Shown in pieces: positions 1 through 15,900 of a DNA stretch of 64,000 nt. This DNA comes from a virus: the IMG/VR virus record IMGVR_UViG_3300045988_020586; one strand, given 5' to 3'. Made by a program: the position numbers and the translations under genes. The notes beneath the pieces were generated by a model. It was not told the origin of the DNA, did not search any database, and worked only from the letters and a program-made list of their open reading frames with translations. Within the stretch, counting starts at the first letter, position 1, and the number at the start of each line of letters is the position of its first letter.

Positions 1-2
1 AA

Positions 3-893
3 GATCGAGCTAATAATACAAAGCTTTCTGCTGCATAGAGAAAATAGGGAAGAGATCATGCTGCATGGTGGAATAATGCCATTAAGTAGGCTGAAGTTAA
101 TCCTAATTCTCTTATGAAGAATGGTCTTGTACAGATTGATGAATATGGACAATATTAGCCATCTAGAAGACTTTTGAACGCAGATGGTTACGCAAGCTAT
201 ACAAATGTTGGAACATTCAATGATCCTAAGAAACTTGCTTAGGCTGCTGATAAACAGTATAGTGGATACATGTACAAGCCAACTGGTGGCTCTGCTGAAC
301 ATAAGGTGCTTTTAAATAAGTTTGCAGGAACAGAAAAGCAATAGCAATTTGAACTAATGCAGAATAAACACCTTGCTGTAAATTTCAAAGACTCTAACTT
401 AAGATATTCTCCGATTAGAAGAATAAATGTTACAGGCAACAAGAGACTTAGATATGCAACAACAATGCGTAAGTTTGATAGATGGCTTAAGAGTGGATCT
501 GCTGGTAGAGGGGCACTTGTAAACGAGGATCTTAATGCCGGATGGATACCAGGTAAACATAAGTAGTTCGATATAGCTGGACATGTTACAATTACTGGTA
601 AACAATTCAGTGAGTTCTGCGTATCAATCGGAGCTACTTCTAATAATAATAAAGCAAGGATAGCATCAGAACTTGGTCTTGATGCATTTGATGCAGCATC
701 TAAGCCTGTAACAAAGAAAGAAAAAGTTGGATCTGCTACATATTACTAGATACCTATGACTAGGACAATCCAGAACAACGGCGGGTTTAAAATTGGTGAA
801 TTCAACGATGATATAAACAAGGCAAAGTTTGGACAAAGTGCCGCATTTAAGATGGCTAATGATGCACAAAATTCTTCATTAATGATAAATTAA
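3..893 (+). CDS. 3' part (296 codons) of a large virion/ejection-module protein; open only if TAG is sense
   Basis: Frame 3 read codon by codon from nt 3 to TAA 891-893: 8 in-frame TAG, no TAA/TGA. Text is protein-like. Track ORF 357-566 is one fragment of it. Confidence 0.7.
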
Positions 894-902
894 TAAAATA
901 TT

Positions 903-3900
903 ATGGCAAATAAAAATAAAAAGACGTTTACATACAACTAGGCGTATAGTAGAGGAGCTTAGATAGCGTAGGATTTACAGCGTAGTATAGCACAAAGAAG
1001 TGCTGACTACGCCGCTCCTTATGTTGAGGGGAGTATGGGCGCCTATACAGATGTCAGCGATTTTAACAATATGACATTCCCTGCGTATACTACGCTGGAT
1101 AAACAGGGTAAAGCTGTTGTAGACACAGAAGAAGACAATAGTGGTTCTCTTGGTGATTTCCTTTTAGGAGATTCTTGGGACTTAAGTAAGATGAAAGAGA
1201 GATGGGATAAATTCTCTTTCAAGGATATGTATAGGCTTACATTCGAAAAGGGGTATGGAGCCTATGTAGACTCTAAAGAAAAAGAACTTGATAATGTTAC
1301 TTTTCAATAGAGTTCTTTAAAAGTAGCTTAGGACTACAATAATCTTCTAAAACAAAGAGAAGACCTTATAAATCAATATAAAGCCTTTAAGAGTCATGGA
1401 TACGCCTCAAAAGAATAGACTAGACAATTATAGGATGCTATTATAAAGGTAGATGATCAAGTTAAGAAATACCAGGATTTCTTTAAATAGCATAAGAACG
1501 ACGATGTATTTTTAGACTTGTTCTACGACACAAATAAAGCTGGAGCTAGCGATTATTTAGCTGCTCTTAAAGATAATACGTTAACTACTCATTAGTAGTT
1601 TAATACTAATGGTATTATTGGTACTATAAACAATGCATTAAAATACACAGCTGGTACATTGTCTGAAGGCCTTGAGAATATAGCACTTACTACATAGAAT
1701 GCTATAGGTAAGGTTCTTCCTTAGGCAATTGGTGGAGATAAAAATGGAACATTTATTAAACGCGCCATAAAGAATGGTACTAGTAATTACGATAATTTAT
1801 TTGAAGGATATTCAACAAAAAATGGATCGCAATTATTGCAGACAAAGATAAATGCCTTAAAAACTGATCTTGACAGAGAACAGAACAAGAAGGAGATTTC
1901 GTTAAGATCAGCCATAAATCAATATAAAAATGGTAACTGGCTATTTGATCCTAAGAAAATTAATCCGGAATTTAGAGACCTTTAGAATCAGAATAGAGGC
2001 GGTTTAATTGGTTCTATTATCGACCCTACGCAATGGGGTTATTCAATACCAGAGATGGGTACATCATACAGTGATGCTGCAAGCTTTGCAGGAATGATAG
2101 CAACTAATGCTGGTGGTGCATTAGCTACAAAAGCAGCTGTTAAATTTCTTACTAGAAAGATTCCTGGATTAGGTGCTGTGTTAACTGCTGAAGATATGGC
2201 AAAAGCTTTTAATTCTGCAGAAAATGCAGAGTAGGTTGCTAATGCATTAAGTAGAGTAGAATTGGCTAAAAATGTAATAGGTGGTTCTACTGCTGCAGCT
2301 GGAATGTATTGGACAAAACAAATGCGCTAGTCGGAGACTAATGGCGAAGCTATAAATGCTTTAGCACAAAGAGTTTTGGATTCTTCATATAAAACAGATG
2401 TAGATTTTAACAAGGTATTTAATGCTGTCGATTAGTATTCTAAGCGTATAGGTGTAGATTCAAAAGACCTTGATTAGCTTGAAAAAGTAAAGCTCGCATT
2501 AGCTTACAACATACCTACAGGTGATGCTAACTTCGATAAGATTAAAGTAGACTCTAGAAAGGGTTTGGCTAAACTTATAAACGATAACAACGCAATGGCG
2601 TTCGAGGATTATTTACAAGCTTTACCTTTTATGGATTATACGAGAGGAGTGATATCTAAGGCTGCTAACAACGTGTTTTCTAGAGCTCCAAAGATGTACA
2701 TATAGGATTAGGTATTAGATAAGGCTACAAAAGCTGCTGCTACCGGAGTTGTAGATAATGCTATAGATAGAGTAGCTATGAGTAAATTTAGCAATATAGG
2801 CGATAGACTTAAATTTGTTCATGGTTCAAAATATCTTGCAAAGAAATTTGAAAGAGCATTCCCTCTTGCTACATCAGAGGCACTTGAAGAAGGTAGACAG
2901 TAGTTACTTACATCTAGATTTGAAAGAGGAGAATATGATAACTACTCAACAGGTGAGTCTTCTTTTTATTTGCCAAGTGTATTTGATAACTAGTTCTTAA
3001 ACGCAGATGCTGCAGCAGCTTATCTTGGAATATCATCTGGAGATCCAGATAACGGCGACTCAGAGTTAAGAAGGTCAATGGAAATAGGAGCTATGACAGG
3101 ATTGCTGTTTAGAATTCCTCATAATGTTAAAAACCTATTAACTCCATACAGAGAAGATAGTACTAGCCCTTTTAGCTCAAGCGATAAGTATAGTTTAAGA
3201 AATACTATAGCATAGCTTAGAAACGATAATGTTATTCGTAGTATAGCTGCTAATAATTATCAACTTGCACAAGATAATGATCATGTAGGAATATTCTTTG
3301 ACGCATTTAGTAGAGCCGGTGTAAATAAAGATAGATTACAGACAGCTCTTGATGATATGAAAAAGTATAAAGGGTCTTTACTACAAGATGGTTCAGATAG
3401 TTATATAGAGAATGACAAAGAGCTTCTTAATGCTGCGTGGTTTGTATATAACAATAAGAACCTTGAATAGTCTATGAAAGATCTAAACATTTCTAGAAAT
3501 AGCGAGGATCATAAACAGCTCGTACAAGCAGCTACTAGAGTCATGATAGATTCTAACAACGCAGCAAAAGATTCCGAGAAAGCTAGAAACAACATTGATT
3601 CTATAATAAATAAGACTGTACAGGATTACGAAAATGCTACATAGGAGAACAATCCGGCATTGTTTAATATTATCAATAAAATAAAGCAGGACTACCAGAA
3701 GTTTAATGAATCTATAAACGCTAGAAGAAATCAATTCAAGAACTCTGAAGAAGGAAAGAAAGCTGGGCAAGAGTGGATCGATAAGAATGAAACTTATTAT
3801 GAAGATTATGCACAAAGAACACCTTTGGATAAGGCTATCGAAAACGCAATGAATGAACGTGATAAGTTCAAGGTTGATCCAGAGAATGAATATATATAGT

Positions 3901-6900
3901 CTAGACTTGAATCAATATTCAGCTATAGAGAGTATAAGGCAGCTCAGAAGTTATCTAAAGATCTGAAGGATTAGAAAAGAAGGCTCTAGTTGATATCTAA
4001 TGAAACTGGAACAGATATTAATACCGATAAGCTTACTGGAATGATTGATTATCTTGATAAGCTTATAGAAAACAGAAGAAGTAAAGTAGAGAACTCTAAG
4101 GAGATACTTGCATACAATGAGAAGGTTGACTTATTAAACGCTTCTATAAGCGATAAAAAGAAGTAGTATAAGAAGATAACTTATGATTCTATCTTTAAGG
4201 ATTATTAGAATTTTGATAACCAGGATGAAATAGATAAAGCTTATTAGGCGTTTCTTATAAACGATGCTTTATACAACGTGCTCAAACCAATGTCTGTAGC
4301 GTTTACTACTGGACAAGTTGACCCTAGATCTGTATATTTTTCTAGAAGAGAATAGAACTGGAGCGAATTATCTGATGAACAAAAATCCGAATTCACTAAA
4401 AAAGTATAGGGTTTATATCAAGAGCAAGGCAAACAAGCTCCAACTGAAGCGTAGATAAGAGCTGCATACTTAAACGAACAAAACAAGAAGAGAAAATTCA
4501 TAAAAGAGTTATCTAAAAAATACGCAGAATTAAGAGATAAGATTGAAGGCAATGATGATATATCTAATATGAGTATGGATGATATCGCTCGTCTTACTGA
4601 TATGGAAAGAGAGGCAGCTAGAGATCTTATTAGCTCAGTTCTTGCCGACAAAAAGAATCGTATGCGTATAGCTCGTAGAGAATGGAATCAAGAAAGACCA
4701 CTTACACCAGATGATGTTTAGCAAGCTGAAGAAGGTACCGCCGATGAAGAAGTGACTCAGAGAATCAAAGATCTTGCTGGTGAGCCTAAGAGTCCAGATG
4801 TCGAGAAAGAAGCTGAAGATATGAATGTTCAGCCAATATCTTAGGATAAGTCTGTGCTTGATACATCTGAGCTTGATGCAGCTATGGATAATTCCCAGAA
4901 AGGTTCTACAGAAAACGAAAGAAATCTCGAAGAGGCTTTGGGTATGAGTCCTGCTGAAGATAAATAGCAGCAGAAACTTAGAGAGAAGCAGCAGAAATAG
5001 AAGGTTAAAGATAAAGAATAGTCTGATTCTACTAATTTTACAGATGAGAAAGATGATAATGATAGCAACGAATTACCACCTGTACCAGACAATGTAACAA
5101 TTAATGGCGATGGAACTGTAACTGTAAAGCCAGAAAAGTCTCAAGAAGCTTAGCAAAATAGCACAGATACTGGTGTTTAGGATAATACTGAAAAATAGCC
5201 TGAACAATAGCAGGTACAAGAAGGTGAAGAGCCAGAAGATGGAGATAATGATAATTCTCCAGATTTGACTCCAGATAAGAACACTGCTGATACAGGTCTT
5301 AATATTGAATAGATTTAGGATGATCAGGACTTTCCTGACGACAATCCAGAGGATGATAACAACGATGGCATAGATCAGATTCCTTAGAAAGAAGGCAAGA
5401 CAGCGTAGGTTTTGAATCCTAGTGATATTGATGTTGAAGATACTTTAAATACAGAAAGCCCTTTAGAACACGAAGAGCCAGAAGTGTTACCTAAGAAGTA
5501 CGATGATAACGGAACTTTAAATATAGAAGATCTTCCAGAAAAGTTAGATGTAGATATATAGAGTGAGTCTGATACTCTTAGTGATATGGATAATCAAACT
5601 GAGTCAACTGATACATCTGGAGCATATGACGATAGAAAACCTAAGCCATGGGCTGTGCAGGAAGCAGAAGACATAGAAAGAAGATATGCTGATCATACAT
5701 TCTTCTATAGACCTGATGCGGAAGAACCTATGAAGATAAAGGTTAATGGTAAAGATGTGAAGTTGCCAGAAGGGTGCACTATTGGCACCGGTGCAGAACT
5801 TGCACAGAAACTTACTTAGAAAGGCTGGTTTGAAAAAGCTGACAAGTTCTATGTTGTGTCATAGATGTAGAAATACTAGGAAGGAAATATTGGTGACGAA
5901 AGAGATGTGTTCACAGTATCTTTAGCCATAAGAGATGGTAATAAAATATACTTCTCTACACTTAGGGCGTTAGGATAGTATCATGATAACTACAGAAAAA
6001 CAGACGTTGATCTTTCATACGAGCTCGCTAATAAACTTAAATTTATAGGCGTCGATATGGATGCCTACAAGGTCAATCTGTTTGAGACTGCTAAAAATTA
6101 TTACTTACTTCATAATAATGTTGATCAATCTCTTCTAGAAAACGATGATAAACTGAATAAGGAAGTAATAGATTGGTATAACAACCTACATGAAAGTGAT
6201 CCAGAAAACGCCGGTTAGATACGTGCATATATAGACGATACTGCTAGAAATAAGTCCGCTCTTCCAGGCAAGGTTCCTTTGACAAATAATTAGGTTACAC
6301 AGCAAATATAGAGACTTAGAGATAATAGAAACGCCATAATTGAAGCATATTGTACATTTAAGGATGGTAAGTATATAATACCATAGACTATTAGAACTGA
6401 TGTAAAGCCACAAGAATCAAGTATAAGTAACGGTAAAATATAGACTAGGCCAAAACTTGAAAATAATCTTGTTGATTTTAGACCTCTTACAGAGAAAGAT
6501 TTAAATCTTGATATTCCTTCTGATCCAGAAGAACTTACAATGAAGCTTGAGAATGGCGCTATAACACTTGGTTATGGTACTGGAGTAATGGCTGATGAAG
6601 GTAACAGATTCCTTATTCGTAACCTCTACAATCCTTCTGGAGATACAATAGACGGTAAAGGCTATTCTGGTAAATTGTACTTTACAATAACCGGTCCTAG
6701 TGGATATGTTGTTCCTATAATGCTTAGAGAAGAAAGATTCAACTAGGTTTAGGGCAAAGATGGTAAGATGCAGTTTATTGATCCTGTTAATATGTAGTTA
6801 GCTATAGATCCAAATACAGGAAAGATAAATAGAAACACCCCATTATCTATGGCTGAGCTTATACTGTATATGGTTACCGGTAAGATTAATCCAGAAGAAT

Positions 6901-9900
6901 TTGAAGGAAACCAGGGACTTATTGCAGATTTACTTGCGTTAAGTGTTCATACTACGTTTGCTACTAAAGCTGACAAAAAACATCCGTATTTAGCTTCTAA
7001 GCAGTTCTATTTCGACGATGAGAAGAACTAGCTTGTGTTAACTCAACCAGGCACTAGATAGGATTTAAGATTGTCTATGGATTAGTTGTTTGGTGATTAG
7101 TCTGAGAAGACAAGAAGGTCTACTATTAGATACATAGCAAACAATTTACACTGGAACACAGATAAAGAAGACATGGTTGAACATTTTAATAAATCTATGC
7201 CTAAATTATCTGCGTTCTTAAGATAGTATTTTGAAGATAATCCAAAAGCTAAGTCATATAAATTCTTTGGTCTTAATCAGCTCGAATTTAAGAGAGACGA
7301 GTTGTTCTCTACAAACAAGAATGGTTAGCTTAATCCTAAAAATGTATCACTTGCTGCATGGATGATAAATAATGGCAAACTTCTTACAGACTTAGCTCCA
7401 CAGCATTTCTACGCTCCATTTATATACTCTGACGGAGTACAGGCTTCAACAAAAAAGAAGGCTGTAGCAAAGGTAAAGAGAGAAAGTAAAAAGTAGGAGT
7501 ATCCTAGTGCAATTGAGGCAGAGGCAAATATAGCGGCAAAGAGATTTACTGACGATGCTATAAGCAGAATGCAGAGTAGATATAAAAATAATTCATAGAA
7601 GCAGAAGGTTACTAAAGATGATTTCTTAGTTCTGTCTGATGATGCTAGAAAAGATGTGCTAAACAACTATAGAAAACGTGGTATATATGATATAGTTGTA
7701 ATCGATGTACTTAAAGAGGATGTAGAAGGTAAATCATTAGACGAAGTTAAACATATTATTGCATAGCATGTATAGAAATATGTAGACTACGCTAATTCTT
7801 AGGAAGGTTAGAAGTTTGATGTAAAAGATCTTACTTTCGTATCTGATACTATGCTGAAGAATATTACGAGCAAAGGCTATGTTCCTATACTTAATGTCGG
7901 TGTAAATGGGAAGCTTCATATAAATGCATAGGATCCATTGTCTATACTTCGCAACAACAAGGTTAGGTAGGATGGATATACTGGAGTATTCTCTAGATTC
8001 AAATCAAAAGGAAAATTTGACGAGAAAGCTGCTAGAAAGTGGCTTAGCGAAAAGCTTGGATTAGATGATACTAAAGTAATCGTTCTTGACGGAGTTCTTA
8101 AAAGCTGCGAAAATAGTAAAGTATATGGTATAACAAGTCTTGCGGCAGATTATATAGATAGATAGATTAATGGTGTTATTACTTTATCAAATGAGGCTGG
8201 ATATGGTATTCATTATCATGAGGCATGGCACTACGTTAACTTATTGTTAAACAATAAAGCTCAGAGGCTTAGATTATATGATGCTTACATTAAATCACAC
8301 AACTTAAAGAATATCACATTTGGAGAAGTTGAAGAGTTAATGGCTGAAGACTTCCGTAGATATGCAGAAATGCGAAACGGAAAGGGAATCGTTAACACGA
8401 TCAAGAGATTGTATAATAATATACTTGATTTTGTAAATGTATCAAGAAAGAAAGATATTGTACGCAATGTATTTAACGCAATTAATAATGGACAGTACTT
8501 CGACGTACATATGGATAAAGACTCTATAAAAGAGTTTGAGAATAGATATCCAAACGGCGTGACTTCAGCAGACTACTATGTGCCTACTGTAGATCAATCT
8601 ACTCTTGATAAGCTTGAAGGAATAAAGGATTATCATACATTCTATCAGTGTGGTGTAGCCTTGGCACAGAAGTTGTTAAGCGATTACGGATTTAAAACTC
8701 CAAACGATATTAATAGTAAAAAAGTATCTAAATTCAATGATCTTATTGAAGACTTAAAGAATAATAATGAGTTTGAATCAGATCCGTTAAAGCAATCTAT
8801 AATAAACGATATTTGTAATAATCCTAAGGCTTTTGAAGGTATTGTAGCCAATGTGTTTGCTTAGTATGGAATAAAGGCTAATGTAAAGAAATTCTCCTAG
8901 ATGGATGAGACTAATGATCTTACGAATAAAGATTCTATAAATGATGACGATTAGTCTAGAGATATTGGCGATAGAGCAGATAATACTTGGGACGTAATGT
9001 AGTTATCTATAAGCAAAAAAGACAACGTAGCATTTAGAGCTAAGCTTTTCTTAAGCCTTATAGAAAAAGGTAAGTTTGTTCTTGATCCAGAAACAGGAGA
9101 GCGTGAGTACGAGACATAGTTTAATGATATTATTAACGATGTTCCTTTGTATTGGAGCTATAGTGAAGCATGGAGCTCTATATTGAAGAATTTATGGATG
9201 TGCGAATCTTATGATAACATAGATCCGAATACTGGCGTATTTGCAGCCAATTCAATTAGAGGCAAGGTTAAATAGCTCGCTGATAGAAAGATGGCTTTAT
9301 TTGTTTCTCTTAACGATAAGCTTGAAGAAGTAGAAGGCGATATAGAGCTTGAGAACTAGATACTTGCTACAGTAAAGAGTTCTTATAACCAGGTAGCATA
9401 GATTTGGCTTAATGATCCAGTAGAGAAATCTATGGGCATTATGGATTTGCCAGAAGATATGGTATCATCTGTAGTAGAAGTACCTACTGACGAGAAGCGT
9501 ACGTGGGAGATAAGAAATGATAACACACTCAAGGCAAAGAGAAACTAGCCACGTTTATGGAGCTAGGAATTTGCTTCTTCTAATGTAATTATTTCTAAAG
9601 ATGGATAGACTATTATAAATCCAGAGTATGTAGACACACTTGTAAAGATGCGCCAGGATGCTATAGATCTTTCCAAAGTTCTCAATGAGCCTACTATCCA
9701 AGATTTATCTTCGGCTTACGATGAAGCTGCTACATAGGTTGTTAAAATTCTTAACTACATTGGTATACCATTCGATAGAGAAACACTTGATGCTTATACA
9801 TATTAGGTAAAGGATGAATCTAATGGTAAAAATCCTATGTTAGCATAGCTTTAGGCCTTACAAATGATGCTTGGCGGCTCCATGTAGAAGAAAAATGGAT

Positions 9901-12900
9901 CAAAAAACAACTATAAATGGAAGACTAATAAGTAGACTGGCTCTTTGTCATACTTTATTGATTTGCTTGATAAATATAAAGGTCAACCTTATCTTGAAAC
10001 TAAACAGTCAAAGAGAAATAAGGATGTTGTTACAGTTGATCAGCTGTTTGTTGGATACGGTTTAAAGACACCTATATCAAAGATGGCTGAGGTTTATGCG
10101 CAGACTAACCCATCTTCTACCGATGTAAGTATTAAAGGACCAGATGGAGCTACATTATACCCTATAAGTGAAAATAATGAAGCTTCTGATAAACTTCGTC
10201 ATATAAATGATAATAAGGATGGAGTTGTTGAATAGATGATGCTATCACCATATGCTAAGCATAGTTCTATTCTTAATATAGCTAGAAATGATCAGCTTGG
10301 AGATAGGCCTGGAGATAATACAAATAAGTTTAAACTTAATGCATTTGTTGGAATAAAAGATACCAGAGAGAATACTGGAGACGATTACTTTGGAATAACA
10401 CCTCTTGCAGACTATATTTCAAAGATGGTTATGAAACATAATAACATGCTTGTATTCCCTACAATGGCTGATAAAAAGACATGGTATTCTATATCTTACG
10501 ATCCTCTTACAAAGGATGCCGAAGGCAAGATATTGTCTGACGGTTTATGTGTACATGACCTTATCACATATAACCATACAGATGAAGCTGGTAAATGGAA
10601 TGCCTTAAGATTCTCCGAAGGTACTCTTAATAGATTTGTTGGATATTTCAACGATGAGCTTGAATCGCTTAAACAATACTACGATAGAAAGAATATAGCA
10701 TACTTTGTAAATAATCCTGGAAGAGCAAGAGATAATTTCCACGGTAAAATTAAAGATGGTAGAATGGATATGGCCGGAAACGGCGGAATGTTCAGATACT
10801 TCTATGACGCTATAAAGATAAAGGATGATAACGGTAAGGAGATGAATCTTAACCAATATCTTGAATTCCTTTACAATAAACAGTAGGCTATAGAAAAGAA
10901 TCCTGTTAAGAACGGTGGTCTTGGTACCATAAGAGAAGGAGCTAACGAACTTGATGGATTTGAGCTTGTAAGAAGATACATAAATGAGCTTAGTGATTAG
11001 GTTAAATCAGATCCATCTATGCTTAAAGACGGTATAAATCATATGCTTATATCTAGGGTCAGTGATGAGTTCTAGACTATATCTGACGATGGTTCTACAA
11101 AGGTTGTTTACTTTGATGGTAAAACATATCTTCCTAGAGCCATACCTGTGCAGATACTTGATTACTATCATAATAGATTCGGAAAGAGTGGAAGAGTATT
11201 ATCTGACTACTATGAGGACGAAGCTGGTAATGTTGCTGATTGTACATTGTCTGCAATAGCCAATAATGTAGCAAACGAAATGATATCCACAATAGAGCTT
11301 GAGAAAGTATTTACTGGAGACCCTGCTTATTACAAATGGCAGTACAACAGAAAGATTCTTGACAAATTTACTGTAGATGGTAGTACTTAGGAAGTAAGAA
11401 GATTGACTGCTAAGGATGCTGATAAGATTAAACGTTTAGGAGCTATACTTTCTCCAGGACAGAATCTTAGAACAGAATATTCTGATAGAGAGATACAAGA
11501 ATTTAAAGACCCTATAAGCGGCAAAGAAGAGCTTAGAGGAAGTAAATATACAGTTCTCAATATAAACGATATTGTAGCTAGATCTAAGTTTATAAATGAC
11601 GTTTAGACTCAGTTTGGAAGACAGATACTTGCAGATGAGATTAGATCTAATCCAGAATGGTTTGACAAGATTGTTGAAAAAGAGTCTAAAAAGTCAGGTG
11701 AAAAACTTACAAGAGAAGGATAGATTACTAAGATGTATCTTAAAGATAATTATTACAAATCTATTCTTGATAAGGCTCCAAAGAGCGTAAAAGAAGCTGT
11801 TGATATTCGATCTAAACAACAGATGTCTCCATACGAAGAAATTACTGTATCAGATGCGTAGGTTTGTATCAGACCAGCCTTGTATAGAAAGATCCGTATG
11901 AACCTTGGTAACTGGACTACAGATCCAGATGAATCTGGATATTCTGACGAGGAGGCTTATAAGATACTTGAAACTGATGGTTCTTGGATGAATGATCCGG
12001 AGAAAGCTAGAAAGGTTAGCAAACTTTAGCTATTCCCTCTTAAGATGACTTACTTCAGTAATAGTCCTACAGAACTTGGTCCTGGTATATTCCAGAATCT
12101 TCCTGTGTATAATAAGATGGCTATTTTCCCTATGTTCAAGTATGCCACATAGAGTACATCTGGTAGATAGCTTTATGATCGCATGAACAAAGAGGGTAAT
12201 GAGATAGATATGACAGCATTTGAATCTGCTGTTAAAGTTGGTGACAACCAGAATAGATACTCTCCATATAATAAAGATGTAAAGATTATAGATGGAGATA
12301 TAACAACTATGGATGATGCTATCAACAATGAGTCTGACTAGTATATTGATAGATCTACAGGAGAAGTTAAAGCTAATACTACTGAAGGAAGTAAGCTTTC
12401 TGTACAGGTACAGGATCTTAATGGAATTCGTATGCAGCTCAATACCGATGCTCATGAGGCTACCGAAAGATCTATTGGTACACAGATGTTTAAACTTGCA
12501 TTCTCTAACTTGTTTGATAATCTTAAGTATGGTTTAAATAAAGCTGACTGGCAAGGTTAGAGTAAACCTTCTAGATATGGTAGAGAAATAAAAGCCGATC
12601 TTATGGCTTGTATTAATGCTATGACTATGCTTGGTATTAACAAAGTATAGGATAGATTCTATTCTTAGAATGATGAAGGTAGGTTTACTCATATAAACTA
12701 GAGATAGGTAAGAAACCTTGTAGAAACTATCGTTAAGAACAATGGACTTGGTGTATCTGCTGAAGAGATTATTCACAATGGCGGTGTTGTAGCATCACTT
12801 ATGTCTAGAAAGGTATTTGAACAAAGCGTATTCTCTGCAGTTAGTAAAGATGTAATAGATATACAAACCAAAGGAGGCTCTGCTGTCCAGCAATCTATAT

Positions 12901-15900
12901 TTGGCTTTACAGGATTTGATGATAATAGTGTTAGATCTTACGAAGACGGCGATTATCATTTGCTTAACGGCGGTAGAGAGATTAGATGGAATACATAGAA
13001 TGGTAGTATGGAAGTTATGCTTTCTATCAACTTCTTTAGACCAGTTGTTCCTCAAGAGTATCAGAATACGTATGGTATGATGAGACAGTGGCTTATCGAC
13101 CATGATGTTATTAATGGTAAAAAGACTGATGGCTCTCAATCTCATCCTAAACCTTTTGGTATTGGCTATCGTATTCCTACGCAGGGTATGTCGTCTATGT
13201 TCGCTATGACAGTAGCAGATGTGCTTCCTACACAATCTGGTGACACAATAGTAGTACCTAGAGAGTTTACCGCTTAGACTGGTTCTGACTTCGATGTCGA
13301 TAAACTGTTTATTGCTACTATGTCTTACACAAATGGTGAATTAGATACTATTACAGAAGAGTAGGAAAAATAGATATCAGATATATTCTCTAGTAAAGTA
13401 AAAGGATCTAAGCAAAATGCAGTATAGAAAGTTTTACAGCAAGCTTCTTATGGAGCTATATAGAATAGATTGCTCAATAATTACATTGACATCATATCTG
13501 ACACAAGAAACTTCTCTAATGCACGTGCTTCTATTGATACAATTACAGACGTTATTAAGTCGTAGATTCTTCCTCACTTAAAGAGCGGATTAAACGAATA
13601 TAGACCATCTATGTATGAGCTTACTCCTTCATTCCAGTCTAGACGTAAGATGGAGTTCTCTACAGGTAAAGACGGTATTGGTCCATTCGCGTTGAACGTA
13701 ACAAATATGGCTCTTACATAGTTTACTCATTTGTCTATGAGATACGGAGATAATCAATTCGGATTCCATGACCTTGACTAGGTTCTTGGAGAAGATGGAG
13801 AACGTATTTCAGACTGGTTGTCAGCTATGGTTAATGCCCATGTGGACGTTGCCAAGGACCCATATATCTTTGACCTTAATATTAACTCTGCTACATATAA
13901 TCATGTAAACTTCTTACTTAGAGCAGGAAAAGGTAAGGCTACATTCTCATTTATCGCATAGCCAATACTTAAGAAGTACGGATAGTTAATGGGTTCCGCC
14001 AAGGGTACATTTGGAAAGAACTTCAAAGCTGACGGAAAATCTTAGGAATTAAATAACCATTCTTAGATATATAGTTATCTTCTTAATGTAACTAGACAGA
14101 ATCTTGCTGATAAGCTTGATTTAAATAAATTATATAATACATATAAGAGAAAATCCGGTGGTGTATCTTATTCTCTCAATGAAGATTATGTCAAGAAAAA
14201 TAGAGATGGAATCATTAAGGCTATTAAGAATTCATTAAAGTCCGATGGCGAAAAGAACTAGGATGTTATAAACAAGTATGCTACAGATATATTTAATCTT
14301 ATCATAAATAATGATAAAGATATACAGTGGAAAGATGCCATGAACTTTTAGAAGGGTGTTTATGCTATAGAACATGCCGATTCTACATTTGGCTTGTATT
14401 ACCAAATGCTGTCATTAAGATCATTTGGCAAGATAAAGACATATGCAGACGAGCTTGCAGACCTTGTAAAGGTGTCTAAGATCGACACAAAGAAGTTTGG
14501 TAATAACATTTCTTCACATATCAACTTTAAGAATACATACGAGCAGTTTAAGTATGGAGATCATAAGGTTGAGTGGTATATAAATGATGGCAATAAATAC
14601 GAGTAGAAGATAGACGAAAATACTGGAGAGGAATTGACTCCTACTGAGACAACAGCTGCTCTTATGAGATACTTCCATAATTTGTTCTTGGATTCTAAAT
14701 TCTACAATGCCACAGAGCTTGTATAGAGGATATTGTAGAACCAAACATTTTCAGCTACTCCTTTGTATGCTAATTTGCTTAGAACAGCTCTCGCTAGCTT
14801 AAATGCTGATGAATAGTTCTAGGGGTATACGAAATGGAGATTTGACAAGGATGGTAATTATACTGGAACTCCTTATGACGGATACAAATAGGTAATGAAA
14901 GATGATGTCGTGCAAGCTATTGGTTCATCAATAGAAAGTATGTTAAGATTCTAGGCATTACTTGATTTTGCTCCAAAGATTGAGGCGACAGATGATTACA
15001 CTGGTCCTATAGACTTTACGTTTGGTGGAGATAGATAGGAAATAGAAAGGAATTACAAAAGAATTCTGTATGGAGATAAAGAAGGAGATGAATATGATAG
15101 AAATACAATATTCTAGAACCTTGCTAATCTTATGTAGAGCATAATAGATGATCCGGATTCAGATGATGCTCAAGGCCTTGTAGATTAGGATGGTGTTATC
15201 AGTAACGAATTATTTGAATATCTTAGACCATAGACTGGAATAAAAGGTTCAAGCGTAGGAAGAATGATGCTTTCGAAGACTTAGATGAATGTTGGAGTAG
15301 AACAGAAATAGAGGCTTATGTCTGCATTCGATTAGCTGTTGACTCATCCGTCTGAAAGAGTTAGAAGAGTAGCTAGGGATTTAGCTATATATGCATACTA
15401 TTCTACATACGATACTAATAGCGCTTATTCTTTCTCTGATATAATTCCACCTAAATATAGACATCAATATGATAGAGCTCTTAGCTTAGCTCTTGATTCT
15501 AGAACCAGAAACGGATATCAGCATAAGTCTTTAGGAGACGCTTAGGCTATGGCTAACGATATTCTTGATGTAATAGCAAGAAACCTTTATAAGAATGATG
15601 ACGTTGTTCCTATGTATTTCGAAGATAAAAAAGATATTATTAAATACGAAGGAACTATTCTTAAAGTTGATGGTATAAAGAAGAAGGTTAATGCTCTTCT
15701 TATTTCTAATTCTAGAAGTATACCTAAATCTAGGTACTTTAAGATTAAACGAGGAGATCAGTATGTTGTTTATAGATATGCAGGTACAATCGAAGGTTTG
15801 AATAAAGAAAATAAAGCATTAGAAACTAAGAGAGTTTATATGATTGTTCCTAAGTTTGGATTATAGATAAAAGGAACATAGTTGTACGAATTTATGTAGG

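Noticed and set aside
12030-13235. Minus-strand ORFs of 141 and 146 aa (12030-12455, 12795-13235), plus many 60-110 aa antisense ORFs, inside the giant + strand gene.
   Set aside because: Their text is Ile/Leu/Ser/Cys/Phe-rich and not protein-like. They are antisense shadows of a continuous, motif-bearing + strand frame.
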